Assembly: GCA_964640055.1 (NCBI GenBank)
Contig: CAZXFH010000027.1
Coordinates: 1 to 17,981 of the forward strand
Direction: 5' to 3'
DNA from: an uncultured bacterium
Lineage (GTDB): Bacteria > Fidelibacterota > UBA2242 > JAFGTP01
Length of the DNA stretch: 17,981 nt
Shown: positions 17,919 to 17,981 of the stretch, in pieces
Layout of the letters: each line of letters starts with the position of its first letter
Position numbering within the stretch: position 1 is the first letter of the stretch
The notes under the pieces: model-generated
What the model was told of the DNA's origin: nothing
The model's database searches: none
Seen by the model: only the letters and a program-made list of their open reading frames with translations
Program-made: the position numbers and the translations under genes

Positions 17919-17981
17919 ATACCCCCCTCCGTTATGGTGGGAAAACCATACCCAATCAAAGATCGGCTGTCAGGTAAGGCA

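Overview
This window looks like a chromosomal segment from a bacterium of the Fibrobacteres-Chlorobi-Bacteroidetes group or a related candidate phylum. Two secreted proteins carry type IX secretion (T9SS) C-terminal sorting domains, and several genes have strong Shine-Dalgarno sites, which is unusual for Bacteroidia proper.

Layout:
- 1-2234 (+): 3' end of a giant repetitive cadherin-like/Ig-like adhesin with a T9SS sorting domain.
- 2457-2640 (+): candidate histidine leader peptide (MSRHTDNLHHHGHISFAGRTGM) with an antiterminator/terminator pair.
- 2665-9696 (+): a complete, translationally coupled his operon hisG-D-C-B-H-A-F-IE.
- 12039-9867 (-): a convergent 3-gene unit. A GtrA-like small membrane protein gene is broken across three frames, followed by a CDP-alcohol phosphatidyltransferase and an NAD-dependent epimerase/dehydratase.
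- 12247-14952 (+): a 901-aa T9SS cargo protein. It has a signal peptide, an unassigned N-terminal domain, and two golvesin-C-like domains flanking an Ig-like domain.
- 14953-15815: an 860-bp intergenic region with poly-C/poly-G hairpins, including two near-identical terminator-like elements.
- 15816-16508 (+): a DUF1614-like membrane protein.
- 16739-17918 (+): a two-gene family-1 encapsulin operon. The cargo is an encapsulated ferritin-like protein ending in an SLNIG targeting peptide, and the shell protein is of the HK97-fold (linocin/Thermotoga type).

No tRNA/rRNA genes, CRISPR arrays or obvious transposases were found. All functional calls come from motif and family recognition by eye, not from database searches.
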